Source: Clostridiales bacterium (GTDB lineage Bacteria; Bacillota; Clostridia; Saccharofermentanales; DTU023). From it: a stretch of 64,000 bases of DNA. The notes below the pieces were generated by a model. The model was not told the origin of the DNA. It searched no databases and worked only from the letters and a program-made list of their open reading frames with translations. Shown in pieces: positions 9,484 to 18,494 of this stretch (the first letter of the stretch is position 1; each line of letters opens with the position of its first letter). The position numbers and the translations under genes are program-made. The DNA lies in contig SFFI01000010.1 of NCBI GenBank assembly GCA_004556925.1, forward strand, positions 8,512-72,511, written 5' to 3'.

Positions 9484-10833
9484 TTGTCTGAAGAATTATT
9501 TGCCTTGATTAAGGATTACACTGAAAAATTTCGTGCCTGGCAGGACCTCTTAACCCAAGAGCGTACCGTGCGTGCTGATATAATTTCTGGCGCGGATGAG
9601 CGGGGTGAAGAACCCGAAAATCTGCGTGATCTTTTAGAAGAAAAAGTGGAAAACTCTGGCCTGCGTGAACAGCAAATGTCCACTTTAACTGCTTTGAAAG
9701 AAGCTGAACGCAAGCTTTTTGCCTTTAACTTTGAACATTGCGAAGATCCTGTCCTCCTAAGTGAATTAGAGCACTTAGCCCAAGATTATGCAGCGCGTAT
9801 CACTTGGCTGCAGCAATTCTTGGAGGTCTATGACAAGTTTGTCGCGGAATCTGGCCAGGAAACTCCTGAAGAGACTAAAGTTGCGGACGAAGCTAAAACT
9901 GCTGAGGTAGATAAAGTTACTGAAGAGGCTAAAGCTGTGAACCAAGCTAAAGCTCCTGAGGAGGCTCAAGTTAGAGCCGAAGCTAAAACTGCTGATGAGG
10001 CTCAAGTTATAGAGGCAGCTAAGACAGCGGAGGATGCTAAAGTGGAAGCAGGCACTTCAGTCGAGACTAAAACTAAAGCAACAACCAAGCCTAAAAAAGC
10101 TACCGAAGCGAAAGCAGAAAGCAAGCCTAAAAAAGCTGCCAAAACTAAAACAGTAGCTGAGTCTCAAAAGGCAACAGAGCCAAAAGTAGTAGCTAAGCCT
10201 AAAAAAACTGTCGAAGCTAAAACAGCGGCTAAGTCCAAAACAACTGGTGAGTCAAAGACTGCAACCAAGCCTAAAACAGCGGCTAAGTCAAAAGTAACTG
10301 CTGAGTCAAAGACTGCAACCAAGCCTAAAACAGCGGATAAGTCCAAAGCAACTGCTGAGTCAAAGACTGCAACCAAGCCTAAAACAGCGGCTAAGTCCAA
10401 AACAACTGCTGAGTCGAAGACTGCAACCAAGCCTAAAACAGCAGCTAAATCCAAAGCAACTGCTGAGTCGAAGACTGCAACCAAGCCTAAAACAGAGGCT
10501 AAGTCCAAAGCAACTGCTGAACCGAAGGCTACAACGAAGTCCACAAAAACTGCTGCTAAAGCGAAGGCCACAAGTAAAAGCAGTCAGAAAACAAAGACTA
10601 GTATGACTACGCCAGCTACGACCAAGTCAGCTACGACTAAGTTAGCTACGACCAAGTCAGCAGTTGATAGTGCTAACAAGACAGAAGTTACGCCTGCCAA
10701 AATGGATAGTAGCAGCAGTACGAAGAAAAGCCCGGCTAGCAAGTCTAAAACGTCTGCCAGTAAAGCGAAAAAGCCAACCAGCAAGCAAGCACAAAAGGAT
10801 CAATCCAGTAAAAAAGCACCGAAGGATCAATAA
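9484..10833 (+). CDS. hypothetical cytoplasmic protein: alpha-helical N-terminal domain plus Lys/Ala/Thr-rich tandem-repeat tail (histone H1-like composition)
   Basis: The open frame has no early internal ATG. TTG at 9484 lies 8 nt after AGGGGG, with GTG 9370 as the alternative start. No signal peptide. The C-terminal ~300 aa are KPKTAAKSKATAESKTAT-type repeats. Confidence 0.6.
   Translation: MSEELFALIKDYTEKFRAWQDLLTQERTVRADIISGADERGEEPENLRDLLEEKVENSGLREQQMSTLTALKEAERKLFAFNFEHCEDPVLLSELEHLAQDYAARITWLQQFLEVYDKFVAESGQETPEETKVADEAKTAEVDKVTEEAKAVNQAKAPEEAQVRAEAKTADEAQVIEAAKTAEDAKVEAGTSVETKTKATTKPKKATEAKAESKPKKAAKTKTVAESQKATEPKVVAKPKKTVEAKTAAKSKTTGESKTATKPKTAAKSKVTAESKTATKPKTADKSKATAESKTATKPKTAAKSKTTAESKTATKPKTAAKSKATAESKTATKPKTEAKSKATAEPKATTKSTKTAAKAKATSKSSQKTKTSMTTPATTKSATTKLATTKSAVDSANKTEVTPAKMDSSSSTKKSPASKSKTSASKAKKPTSKQAQKDQSSKKAPKDQ
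10258..10527 (+). repeat. five near-identical 54-bp (18-codon) tandem repeats inside the CDS
   Basis: GCAACCAAGCCTAAAACAGC recurs at 10261, 10315, 10369, 10423 and 10477. Degenerate copies flank the array. Confidence 0.95.
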
Positions 10834-11243
10834 TGGCTATCAGCAGCGAACAGAAAGACCAACTTATTCAAGCTTGTCTCTATGCCCAGAGATTGGCCTA
10901 TGTCCCTTATTCCCAATTTCGGGTAGGAGCGGCCGTCTTGGCCCAGGATGGGCAGATTTATACGGGCTGTAATATAGAGAATGCGAGCTTTGGCGCAACC
11001 ATCTGTGCGGAGCGGGTTGCGATCGTTAAGGCGATTTCTACAGGCAACCGGAAAATTTTAGCCCTAGCGGTGGTCACAGATGCCAATGAATTTGCTCGGC
11101 CCTGTGGCATTTGCCGGCAAGTGATAGCGGAATTTGCCGCGGAGCATTTTGCTATTTTGGCCCTTAAACCCGACGGCAGTTATGAGGAAAAATCTTTGAC
11201 AGACGTGTTACCTGATGCCTTTACCTCGGCCTCCTTCGGTTAA
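10833..11243 (+). CDS. cdd: cytidine deaminase
   Basis: 136 aa with zinc-ligand motifs CAERVA and PCGICRQ. Its ATG overlaps the TAA of the upstream gene (TAATG). Confidence 0.9.
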   Translation: MAISSEQKDQLIQACLYAQRLAYVPYSQFRVGAAVLAQDGQIYTGCNIENASFGATICAERVAIVKAISTGNRKILALAVVTDANEFARPCGICRQVIAEFAAEHFAILALKPDGSYEEKSLTDVLPDAFTSASFG

Positions 11244-11249
11244 TACGTT

Positions 11250-11341
11250 CTGGCACCTGGACATTTCTGGACAATTCCTGGAGGACCATTCCTGAATAAT
11301 TCCAGGACAATTCCTGGACAATTCCAGGGCAATTCCAAGCC
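11250..11341. repeat. ~11-bp degenerate tandem repeat (GGACAATTCCT/A)
   Basis: ctggacatttctggacaattcctggaggaccattcctgaataattccaggacaattcctggacaattccagggcaattccaagcc, lying between convergent genes. Confidence 0.8.
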
Positions 11342-11394
11342 AGTTAACACGAGATCTCAGCCACAGAGTTGGGTCACTCAGAAGGTTTTCACTC

Positions 11395-11420
11395 GCCTCC
11401 GTCCCGGAGGCTTTATTTTT
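11395..11420 (+). terminator. intrinsic terminator after cdd
   Basis: GCCTCCG-tcc-CGGAGGC followed by TTTATTTTT. The T-tract overlaps the stop of the convergent gene. Confidence 0.7.
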
Positions 11421-13566
11421 CTGCCGGAGCCAAGTTAGGCTTGCTTAAAACGGTGATCACCCCATTAGCTGAGAGGTCCGGCCTTTCTACATAGCCTTGG
11501 GATCGGTAATTTTCCCACACCGGGCTTATCTCAGAGTCGGCACTGACCTGGTTTCCAGGATAGCGCGGAGCCCAAACTAGGAGGTCCAAGTCCCGTTGGC
11601 CTGTAGAGGCGCTTTCGTTAAACTTCAAGTCGTAAAGTTGGGGACAGTCTGCTAAAAAAGTTGTTGCAAAAGATTCGGCCCCTATCACTTTATCCCGAGG
11701 CAGGGATTCCAGGGCCTGACGGATTTCTTGGTAGAATGCGGGGTTGCCCTGATATTTGATGACATAAAAATCCTGCGTCTGAATGTAATGCAGGCTCAGC
11801 CAGGCTCCGGCCAGAAGGGCAACTGTAAGTAGGGAGCTGGCAAAGGCCAAGCCTAAGCGACGCTTTGTCCAAGGCTTGGGAGCTTTAGCTTGGCTGGGCC
11901 TTGGACCAGTCAGTCCTACCACAGCCAGCAGGAGGGCAATGACCAAGAAGCTGTGGCTACCAAAATTGTATTGAAAGAAAATATCGTATTGATAAGGGTA
12001 GTCTGTGGCTAGGTTCATCACCATCAGGGGGAGGAAAAGCAAGTAATGGCTACGAGCCGACTGGAGGAAGGGTAAAAATCCCGTAGCCAGAACGATGGTC
12101 ATTAGGTAAGGAAGCTTGGGCGAAGCCAACATGATCCCCAGGGCCTGGGCTGGGTTTTGGAAGATAGAGCGGAGAATACCCAGCAGACCTGCTCCTCCGT
12201 ATTGTTGCAGGACGTCAAAACGATAGGACATTAGCCCTTCACCAGTCTGCTCCAAGAAAGAAGAGATTAAGAGAAATCCCAAGAGTCCTAGGGCTACCAG
12301 CATAAGACCCAGCAGGGGGGCAGAAATCGCTAGCCCTCCGGAAGAGGCCTGATGCGCAAAAGGATGACCGGTCTGGGGAGGGCTTTGTTCGGTTTGCGTG
12401 TCAACGGATGCTTCCGCTTGAGGAGAGCCCTTTTTATCCCTTGGCCAGACCTGATAAATCTGCTGGCTCAAGAGGGGAGAGAAAAAGACAAAGAGCCCAG
12501 CGGAAATGAGGTAGAGGGCAGCATCTTCCTTTACCAGGAGGAGCAGAAGGCCAAAGCCTAGGCTAGCCCAAAATTTACCCTGGAAAAGAGCCCAGAAAAG
12601 CCAGCAGATGAGGGGAGCGAGAAAACAATTCTCGTGTAGGTCGTAAAAGCTTCCCAGCATAAGGCCTGGCTGGAGTAAATAGGCCGCCCCGACACCTGCT
12701 TGTAGCAGAAAAGGCAACTGGAAACGCCGGCCCAGGAACAGGAGAGGAATGAGTCCGGAACAGACAATGAGGAGTTGGGCAAGCTGCAGGGTCTCCGGTT
12801 TGGGGAAGAGGGCATAAAAGGGCAGGATCAGGTAGTAGATCGGTGAAAAATGCACCTGAAAGTGTGAATAGAGGCCATCCCTCTCCAGAGTGGTGAGGGG
12901 CAGACCCGTTTCTTTCATGTAGGCGAACATTTGATTAAAGAGACCAAAGTCAAAGCTAGGGGTAGAGAGGCCCCAGACCCGGCAGAGGGATAGCCGGCCC
13001 ATGAAAAATAAGTGTATAAAGAGGGCGGCCCCTAGCAAGGCAAGTCCGAGGGCTAGTTGCCACTTGGGGGTGGAGCCCGGGATTTCCTGGGGCTGCTTGT
13101 CTAAGGGGGCTGGCCATGTCGAACTGTTTTCCTGCTTAGGGTCTGTCAAAGGATGGCTGGTGGGGTAGGGAGATAGCAGACCAGGACGTAGAACCCGGGG
13201 CCCCAGATTTGTCCAGAGGAGGCAGGCAAGGCAGACCAAAATCCCCACGCTAAAACTGAGATCAGCCCGCAAGACCATAAGCCAGATCAAATAACAGCTG
13301 ATGAGGACAGAGGTCAGGGGCCAGAACTTAAAGTGGGGACGCTTGACCCGCAAGCCCAAGGCCAAAAGAAAACAGACGCTAAAGAGGATGATTTGGCCAG
13401 GCAAGGCCCGACCAGGAACTGTTTCAGCTTGGACGAAAATAAGCGGGTTAGCCCAAAGGGACAGGGTTACCAGCTGCAAGCTGACAAAGGCCAAGAGTAA
13501 GAGCAAGGGCCAATCGCCCTTTTGCAGGTGAGCCTTCTGAAAATCTCTAAGCATAGATGTGAACAT
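11413..13566 (-). CDS. large polytopic membrane protein, DUF2079-like (GT-C-like fold suspected)
   Basis: 717 aa with more than 12 hydrophobic segments. The stretch FDFGLFNQMFAYMKETGLPLTT...HFSPIYYL resembles my memory of the DUF2079 signature. Confidence 0.5.
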   Translation of the reverse strand: MFTSMLRDFQKAHLQKGDWPLLLLLAFVSLQLVTLSLWANPLIFVQAETVPGRALPGQIILFSVCFLLALGLRVKRPHFKFWPLTSVLISCYLIWLMVLRADLSFSVGILVCLACLLWTNLGPRVLRPGLLSPYPTSHPLTDPKQENSSTWPAPLDKQPQEIPGSTPKWQLALGLALLGAALFIHLFFMGRLSLCRVWGLSTPSFDFGLFNQMFAYMKETGLPLTTLERDGLYSHFQVHFSPIYYLILPFYALFPKPETLQLAQLLIVCSGLIPLLFLGRRFQLPFLLQAGVGAAYLLQPGLMLGSFYDLHENCFLAPLICWLFWALFQGKFWASLGFGLLLLLVKEDAALYLISAGLFVFFSPLLSQQIYQVWPRDKKGSPQAEASVDTQTEQSPPQTGHPFAHQASSGGLAISAPLLGLMLVALGLLGFLLISSFLEQTGEGLMSYRFDVLQQYGGAGLLGILRSIFQNPAQALGIMLASPKLPYLMTIVLATGFLPFLQSARSHYLLFLPLMVMNLATDYPYQYDIFFQYNFGSHSFLVIALLLAVVGLTGPRPSQAKAPKPWTKRRLGLAFASSLLTVALLAGAWLSLHYIQTQDFYVIKYQGNPAFYQEIRQALESLPRDKVIGAESFATTFLADCPQLYDLKFNESASTGQRDLDLLVWAPRYPGNQVSADSEISPVWENYRSQGYVERPDLSANGVITVLSKPNLAPAEK

Positions 13567-13684
13567 ACTCGTGATTTTATAGCATTTGCCGTCTTAATGG
13601 GAGATTAGGGGATAGCTAGGACCTAGCCAGGCGGAAGCTAACAAGACCAGGCCCATATAGACTATAATGAATAGATAGTTTTTC

Positions 13685-15892
13685 GTGAACGTGAAACGGA
13701 CTAAGTATAAGGATTTTATCATGATGGATTGTGCGCATGAAGACCAAGAGCAGATGATTTTTCAAGCTGAGGCTGACCACTTAGCCAAGATCTTGGATTG
13801 GCTGGACCAGGAGATCAAGAGGCTTCAAGCTCAGCTAGATGGTCTAGACGACTGGGAGGTTCAGGTCAAGGCCATGTCTTGGGATGACCGGCTAGATGTC
13901 AAGAATTCCGCTAACACGGCTGATAATGCCGTGGCTCAAGAAGATCTGCGTCAGATCTTCGGCCGCCGCCAGGCCCTCAAAAAACAAATTGCTGAATATA
14001 AAAGGCTGGAAGACCGGCCCTATTTTGGCAAGCTCAGCTTTTCATATGAGGGAGAAAGCCGGGAGGAGGCAGAAGATTACTATATTGGCTTACGCAGCCT
14101 CTACGACAGCGACCAGGTGGAAAGCTTGGTGGTGGACTGGCGAAGCCCTCTCGCCAGCCTCTACTACGATGCCGAGCCCGGTCCGGTAACTATAGCTGGA
14201 CCTCAAGGCCCTATCCAGGGCCAGCTCTGGCAAAAGCAAATGCTCACGATTCGTAAGGGTCAGCTGGTCAAGCTTGCCGATTTTGACCAAGGCTCCTCAG
14301 ATGACCTTTTAAGAGATATCCTCTCCCAGACCTCCGCGCCGGAACTAAAAGAAATCGCCGCTAGCCTGCAAAAAGGGCAAAATGCCCTCATCCGTCTGCC
14401 AGAACACCAGTCCCTCCTCGTTTGGGGTGTTGCTGGCTCGGGTAAGAGCTCCGTCGCTGTGCACCGGGCAGCCTGGTTGCTCTACCGCCAGCGTTTCTCG
14501 GCTAAGAGGATCCTGTTTGTTAGCCCCAGTAAGCTCTTTGCAGACTATGTCAGCCTCGCTCTACCGGCCCTCGGAGAGGAAAGCCTGTCTCTGGCTACCT
14601 TGGTCGACCTGGCTAAGGACCAGGTGGAACTGTTAAGCCCGAAACTAGCCAGCTACAGCTATGATGAAGCCAGTCCAGACCGTCTTCGTCTTGCCACCAG
14701 CCCTCTTTTATCCCAAATCTTGGCAGCTTATGGCAAAAGCGTGGCTACCCGTTTCCCCCAAGATGGAATGGGAGCCAGGGACTTGTCTAGGGCAGGCCAG
14801 CTGGATTTTGACAATAGGTCAGGGGAGGACTATGAAAGTTCCGCGGAAACTTGGCAGGAAGGCCTGGATGACTACATGGACCAAGAAGCCCGTGACCAAG
14901 AGGCTGCCTGGGGTCCAGAGGATCAAGACCAGAAGGGCGGTGGACTGTCAGCTAGCTACAAGCTTAAGGCCAGCCTGGCTTCAGGCGGAACCATAGACTT
15001 GGATAAACTTTATAGGGAGTTCTTAGCCTCTCCCGCGCTTGAGGCTGCCTTACCAGGGCTCTATGAAAAAGAAGTTTTCCGCCGCTACGACCGTCTGGAC
15101 CTCGCTATATTGGCCAGGCTCAGCCTCTACTTGGGCCTTCGGCCCGCACAGAGGCCCTACTATTTTCTTTTGGTGGATGAAAGTCAGGACCTTCTGCCCT
15201 TAGAGCATGAATTTTTGGCGGAGCGTTTTCCCTGCCCGAGTAACCTTTTCGGTGACCCCAGCCAGGCCATCCGCTTTCCTCTGCCTTCGGACTATACGGA
15301 AAATCTGCTGAAGCTTTACCAGATCAATCCTAACTACGTATTCGAGCTTAAGACCAGCTACCGGTCAAGTTACGAGATCATGAATTTTGCCCGCCAGATC
15401 ATCCAGGACCCTGACCTGGTACCCTTTGAAAGGCACGGCCAGCCTGTCCAGCTCAAGCAGGTCAGGGCGGAAGCGTGGCGGGATAGCTGCCGACAGAGCT
15501 TAGCAGACTTCTACGCTAGGGGGGGCAGACGATTAGCCCTGATTTGTCGTGATATGGAAGAGACGCAGGCACGGGCGGCAGACCTGCTGGGAGAGGATCC
15601 CGCTCCCTATGCCACGGAAGAAGGCAGCTATGAAGTGGCCTGGCAGACCTTCCCTTGGCCAGACCAGTTAGACACAAACCGGGAGCAAGACCCTATGGAC
15701 CTCTACATTCTCCCGGTTCGACAAACGAAGGGCCTGGAGTTTGATGGAGTCGTGGTGTCCGATGCCAGCGGGGACCGGTATCAAGACCCGGAGGATGCAC
15801 ATTTACTCTACCTGGCCGCCACCCGAGCCCTGCATGAGCTCCAACTTCTTTACCAGGGGGAAGCCAGTAGCCTGATTCCCTCGGCATATTAG
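13685..15892 (+). CDS. helD: HelD-type UvrD-like helicase (RNA polymerase recycling ATPase)
   Basis: N-terminal coiled coil; PYFGKLSF...DYYIGLRSL...VVDWRSPLASLYYD block; Walker A GVAGSGKSS; LLVDESQD; C-terminal GLEFDGVVV. The start could instead be ATG 13721. Confidence 0.8.
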   Translation: MNVKRTKYKDFIMMDCAHEDQEQMIFQAEADHLAKILDWLDQEIKRLQAQLDGLDDWEVQVKAMSWDDRLDVKNSANTADNAVAQEDLRQIFGRRQALKKQIAEYKRLEDRPYFGKLSFSYEGESREEAEDYYIGLRSLYDSDQVESLVVDWRSPLASLYYDAEPGPVTIAGPQGPIQGQLWQKQMLTIRKGQLVKLADFDQGSSDDLLRDILSQTSAPELKEIAASLQKGQNALIRLPEHQSLLVWGVAGSGKSSVAVHRAAWLLYRQRFSAKRILFVSPSKLFADYVSLALPALGEESLSLATLVDLAKDQVELLSPKLASYSYDEASPDRLRLATSPLLSQILAAYGKSVATRFPQDGMGARDLSRAGQLDFDNRSGEDYESSAETWQEGLDDYMDQEARDQEAAWGPEDQDQKGGGLSASYKLKASLASGGTIDLDKLYREFLASPALEAALPGLYEKEVFRRYDRLDLAILARLSLYLGLRPAQRPYYFLLVDESQDLLPLEHEFLAERFPCPSNLFGDPSQAIRFPLPSDYTENLLKLYQINPNYVFELKTSYRSSYEIMNFARQIIQDPDLVPFERHGQPVQLKQVRAEAWRDSCRQSLADFYARGGRRLALICRDMEETQARAADLLGEDPAPYATEEGSYEVAWQTFPWPDQLDTNREQDPMDLYILPVRQTKGLEFDGVVVSDASGDRYQDPEDAHLLYLAATRALHELQLLYQGEASSLIPSAY

Positions 15893-15932
15893 GGGCTGGC
15901 CCGTTTTCCGCAGCTGGCTAAGCCAGCCCCAC

Positions 15933-16937
15933 TTGTATAGGCTACAAGAGATGTCTCACGCTAGTCATTTATCTCCTAAAATTCCCCCGGAAGGGTCAGC
16001 GCTAAAGGCCTATGAGTCCTGCAGAATCTGTCCTAAGTCTTGCGGGGTTAACCGCCTTAGCGGGGAACGCGGGGCCTGTGGCATGACCGCACAGCTAAAG
16101 CTGGCCCGGGCTTCCTTGCATATGTGGGAGGAACCCTCCATTTCCGGTAGACGAGGTTCCGGGACCATCTTTTTCTCTGGTTGCAATTTGGCCTGCGTTT
16201 ATTGCCAGAATCGGCCTATTTCCCAGCAGGGGGTGGGGCAAGTGCTCAGCACGCAGGACCTCATCCAGGTTATGCTAAAGTTGCAAGATCTGGGAGCCGC
16301 TAATATCAATTTGGTGACAGGCGTGCACTTTATCCCCCACTTGAAAGTTGCCTTAGCAACCGCCAAGGCTGCCGGCCTAGCGATTCCAATCGTATACAAC
16401 ACATCGAGCTATGAATCTGTGGCTACCCTGCGGGAATTGGACGGCCTTATTGATATCTACCTGGCAGATTTTCGTTACTGGGAAGAAGAAAGCGCTCGAA
16501 AATATTCTCAGGCCCCGGGTTACGCAGATATTGCCCGAAACGCGATTGCCGAGATGTTCCGCCAGGTGGGCCCGTGTCGCTTCCAAAAGAGGAGGGAGGA
16601 GGGAGAAGCAGAATCCTTGCTCCAGCGCGGTCTGGTCTGCCGCCAGCTCCTCCTGCCTGGACTGCTGGACGAAGCCAAGGCCATCACCCATTATCTCTAT
16701 ACCTGCTATGGGAAGCAGATCTACCTCAGCCTGATGAGCCAATATACTCCTATGCCAGGCCTGGAGGCCTATCCAGAACTGCAAGCGAGTATCACTGGCG
16801 AGGATTACGAGGCCTGGCTGGACTACGCGGAGGCGCTGGGAGTGGAAAATGCCTATATTCAGGAGGGTAGTGCTGCCTCCGAGAGTTTTATTCCGGACTT
16901 CACTAGCTGGTCCCTGAATGATTTCTTGAGGTCATAG
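15933..16937 (+). CDS. radical SAM protein, PflX-like (pyruvate formate-lyase activase homolog)
   Basis: CNLACVYCQN radical-SAM CxxxCxxC motif plus an N-terminal Cys cluster, CRICPKSCGVNR..GACG. ATG 15951 is an alternative start. Confidence 0.8.
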   Translation: MYRLQEMSHASHLSPKIPPEGSALKAYESCRICPKSCGVNRLSGERGACGMTAQLKLARASLHMWEEPSISGRRGSGTIFFSGCNLACVYCQNRPISQQGVGQVLSTQDLIQVMLKLQDLGAANINLVTGVHFIPHLKVALATAKAAGLAIPIVYNTSSYESVATLRELDGLIDIYLADFRYWEEESARKYSQAPGYADIARNAIAEMFRQVGPCRFQKRREEGEAESLLQRGLVCRQLLLPGLLDEAKAITHYLYTCYGKQIYLSLMSQYTPMPGLEAYPELQASITGEDYEAWLDYAEALGVENAYIQEGSAASESFIPDFTSWSLNDFLRS

Positions 16938-17079
16938 CTGCGCCTGCCAACCGTATGCGGTTGCCCTACCTCTTGGCCCTGCAAATCCTCTAGCCCCAAG
17001 TGCCATTAGAAGTAAATATCTGTTCAAATGCTGATTCCTAGGCCTGAAGCAAGAATTTAATCTCTTTTTAATTTACATA

Positions 17080-17088
17080 TGTTATAAT
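17080..17088 (+). promoter_or_regulatory. extended -10 promoter element (TGtTATAAT) upstream of the GT2 gene
   Basis: TGTTATAAT at 17080-17088, about 110 nt upstream of ATG 17200. The -35 element is weak. Confidence 0.4.
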
Positions 17089-17199
17089 ACAGGTGTTCTA
17101 GCTAAGCTAAGACACCAAGTACAGCCGCCCAAGCGGCGATAGCTTAGTTAGAAGCGAAGTCTGACTACCTCTTAGGTCAACAAGGAGAAAAAGCCTTTT

Positions 17200-18468
17200 A
17201 TGTTTGATTCTTGGCGCGATTTCTTAGAGCTCATTCGATGGATCTGTAGCACTGCTATGGGCCTCATGATGTTGACTTTCTTTTATGACGTTTTTTTGAT
17301 TGCCTGTGGCATCCCCAAAAACCGCAAGTTGGACAGCATTTCTCAAGGCTATCAAGTCCCCAAGACCCGTTTTGCTATTTTAATTTCCGCCCGTGATGAA
17401 GAAAAGGTGATCGTCCGCTTACTCGATAGTTTGCATAATCTAGACTATCCGCGCGAACTCTACGAAGTTTTTGTGATTGCGGATAACTGCCAAGATAGGA
17501 CCGCTGCCATGGCTCGGGCGGCTGGCGCCCAGGTTTATGAGCGGCATGATCCCAGCAAAGCCACAAAGGGCTTTGCGCTTTCCTGGTTCTTCCAGAAAAC
17601 CTTGCAAGGCCCCCTACAAGAATTTGACCACTGCGTCATTTTTGATGCGGACAATCTTGTGGATAAGGATTTTCTAAAGATCATGGACCGGCATGTACAG
17701 TCTGGCAGTAGGCTGCTGGTGGGCTTTCGCGATAGTACCAATCCTGGCGCCAATGCCATTGCGGGAGCCAATGCCCTCTTCTGGTACTTCCAATCTCGCT
17801 TTATGCATCAGGCCCGGGGCCGCTTAGGGCTTTCCTTAACGTCCGTATCCGGCACTGGCTTTAGCTTTGACCTAGACCTCATCCGTGACCAGGGCTGGCA
17901 TACCCAATCCCTTACGGAAGACGTGGAATTCACCATGCAGATGATCCTGCGGGGAGTGAAGGGGGTCTATGTGCGCCAAGCGGTCTTTTATGATGAGCAG
18001 GTTACTGGTTTTAAGCAAATGATGCGTCAACGCCTTCGCTGGTCCGTCGGTACCATCCAAACCCTGCGTCTGTATGGCCCTGCCCTCTGGCGCAGGTCAC
18101 TCAAAGTAGACTGGCGCATTTTGGACAGCTTCTGGTTCTTAGCCCGCATTCCGGTCATGCTTGTCGCGACGATCTTTTATTTCATTGTTTTGCTGATCAA
18201 GCTTACAGACCCGCTCTTTGTGCCGGGCATGCTGATTTTTGACGTTCTGGGTCCGGTACTGGGCTATCTGGGCACGGTGGCCCTCATGGCCTACTTGGTC
18301 AAGTCAGAAAAGCGTAGCCTCAAAACTTTTAGTGCAGGTATTCTGGCCTTCCCCATCCTAGGAATGGTCTGGGGTGGCGTGCAAATAGCAGCGCTCTTCT
18401 TTTCCGATGTCTCCTGGCAGCCCATTTACCACGGCCAGGAAGTGGAGATCAGCTCCAACTACGACTAG
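17200..18468 (+). CDS. membrane-embedded family 2 glycosyltransferase (processive, IcaA/PgaC/cellulose-synthase-like)
   Basis: N-terminal TM, DAD motif (IFDADNLV), TED (SLTEDVEF), QRLRW (QxxRW) motif and four C-terminal TMs. Confidence 0.8.
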   Translation: MFDSWRDFLELIRWICSTAMGLMMLTFFYDVFLIACGIPKNRKLDSISQGYQVPKTRFAILISARDEEKVIVRLLDSLHNLDYPRELYEVFVIADNCQDRTAAMARAAGAQVYERHDPSKATKGFALSWFFQKTLQGPLQEFDHCVIFDADNLVDKDFLKIMDRHVQSGSRLLVGFRDSTNPGANAIAGANALFWYFQSRFMHQARGRLGLSLTSVSGTGFSFDLDLIRDQGWHTQSLTEDVEFTMQMILRGVKGVYVRQAVFYDEQVTGFKQMMRQRLRWSVGTIQTLRLYGPALWRRSLKVDWRILDSFWFLARIPVMLVATIFYFIVLLIKLTDPLFVPGMLIFDVLGPVLGYLGTVALMAYLVKSEKRSLKTFSAGILAFPILGMVWGGVQIAALFFSDVSWQPIYHGQEVEISSNYD

Positions 18469-18494
18469 GTTTTTGCCCTAAAAAATAGTTCTTG

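Noticed and set aside
10164-10571. A 135-aa antisense ORF (and 9775-10005 and 10584-10784) opposite the Lys/Ala-rich repeat gene.
   Set aside because: It is a mirror-image low-complexity ORF generated by the codon repeats on the sense strand, with no start context.
15892-15932. A GGGGCTGGC...GCCAGCCCC hairpin after helD as an intrinsic terminator.
   Set aside because: No U-tract follows it (ACTTGTAT), and the next gene starts within 20 nt. It is more likely an intercistronic stem than a terminator.
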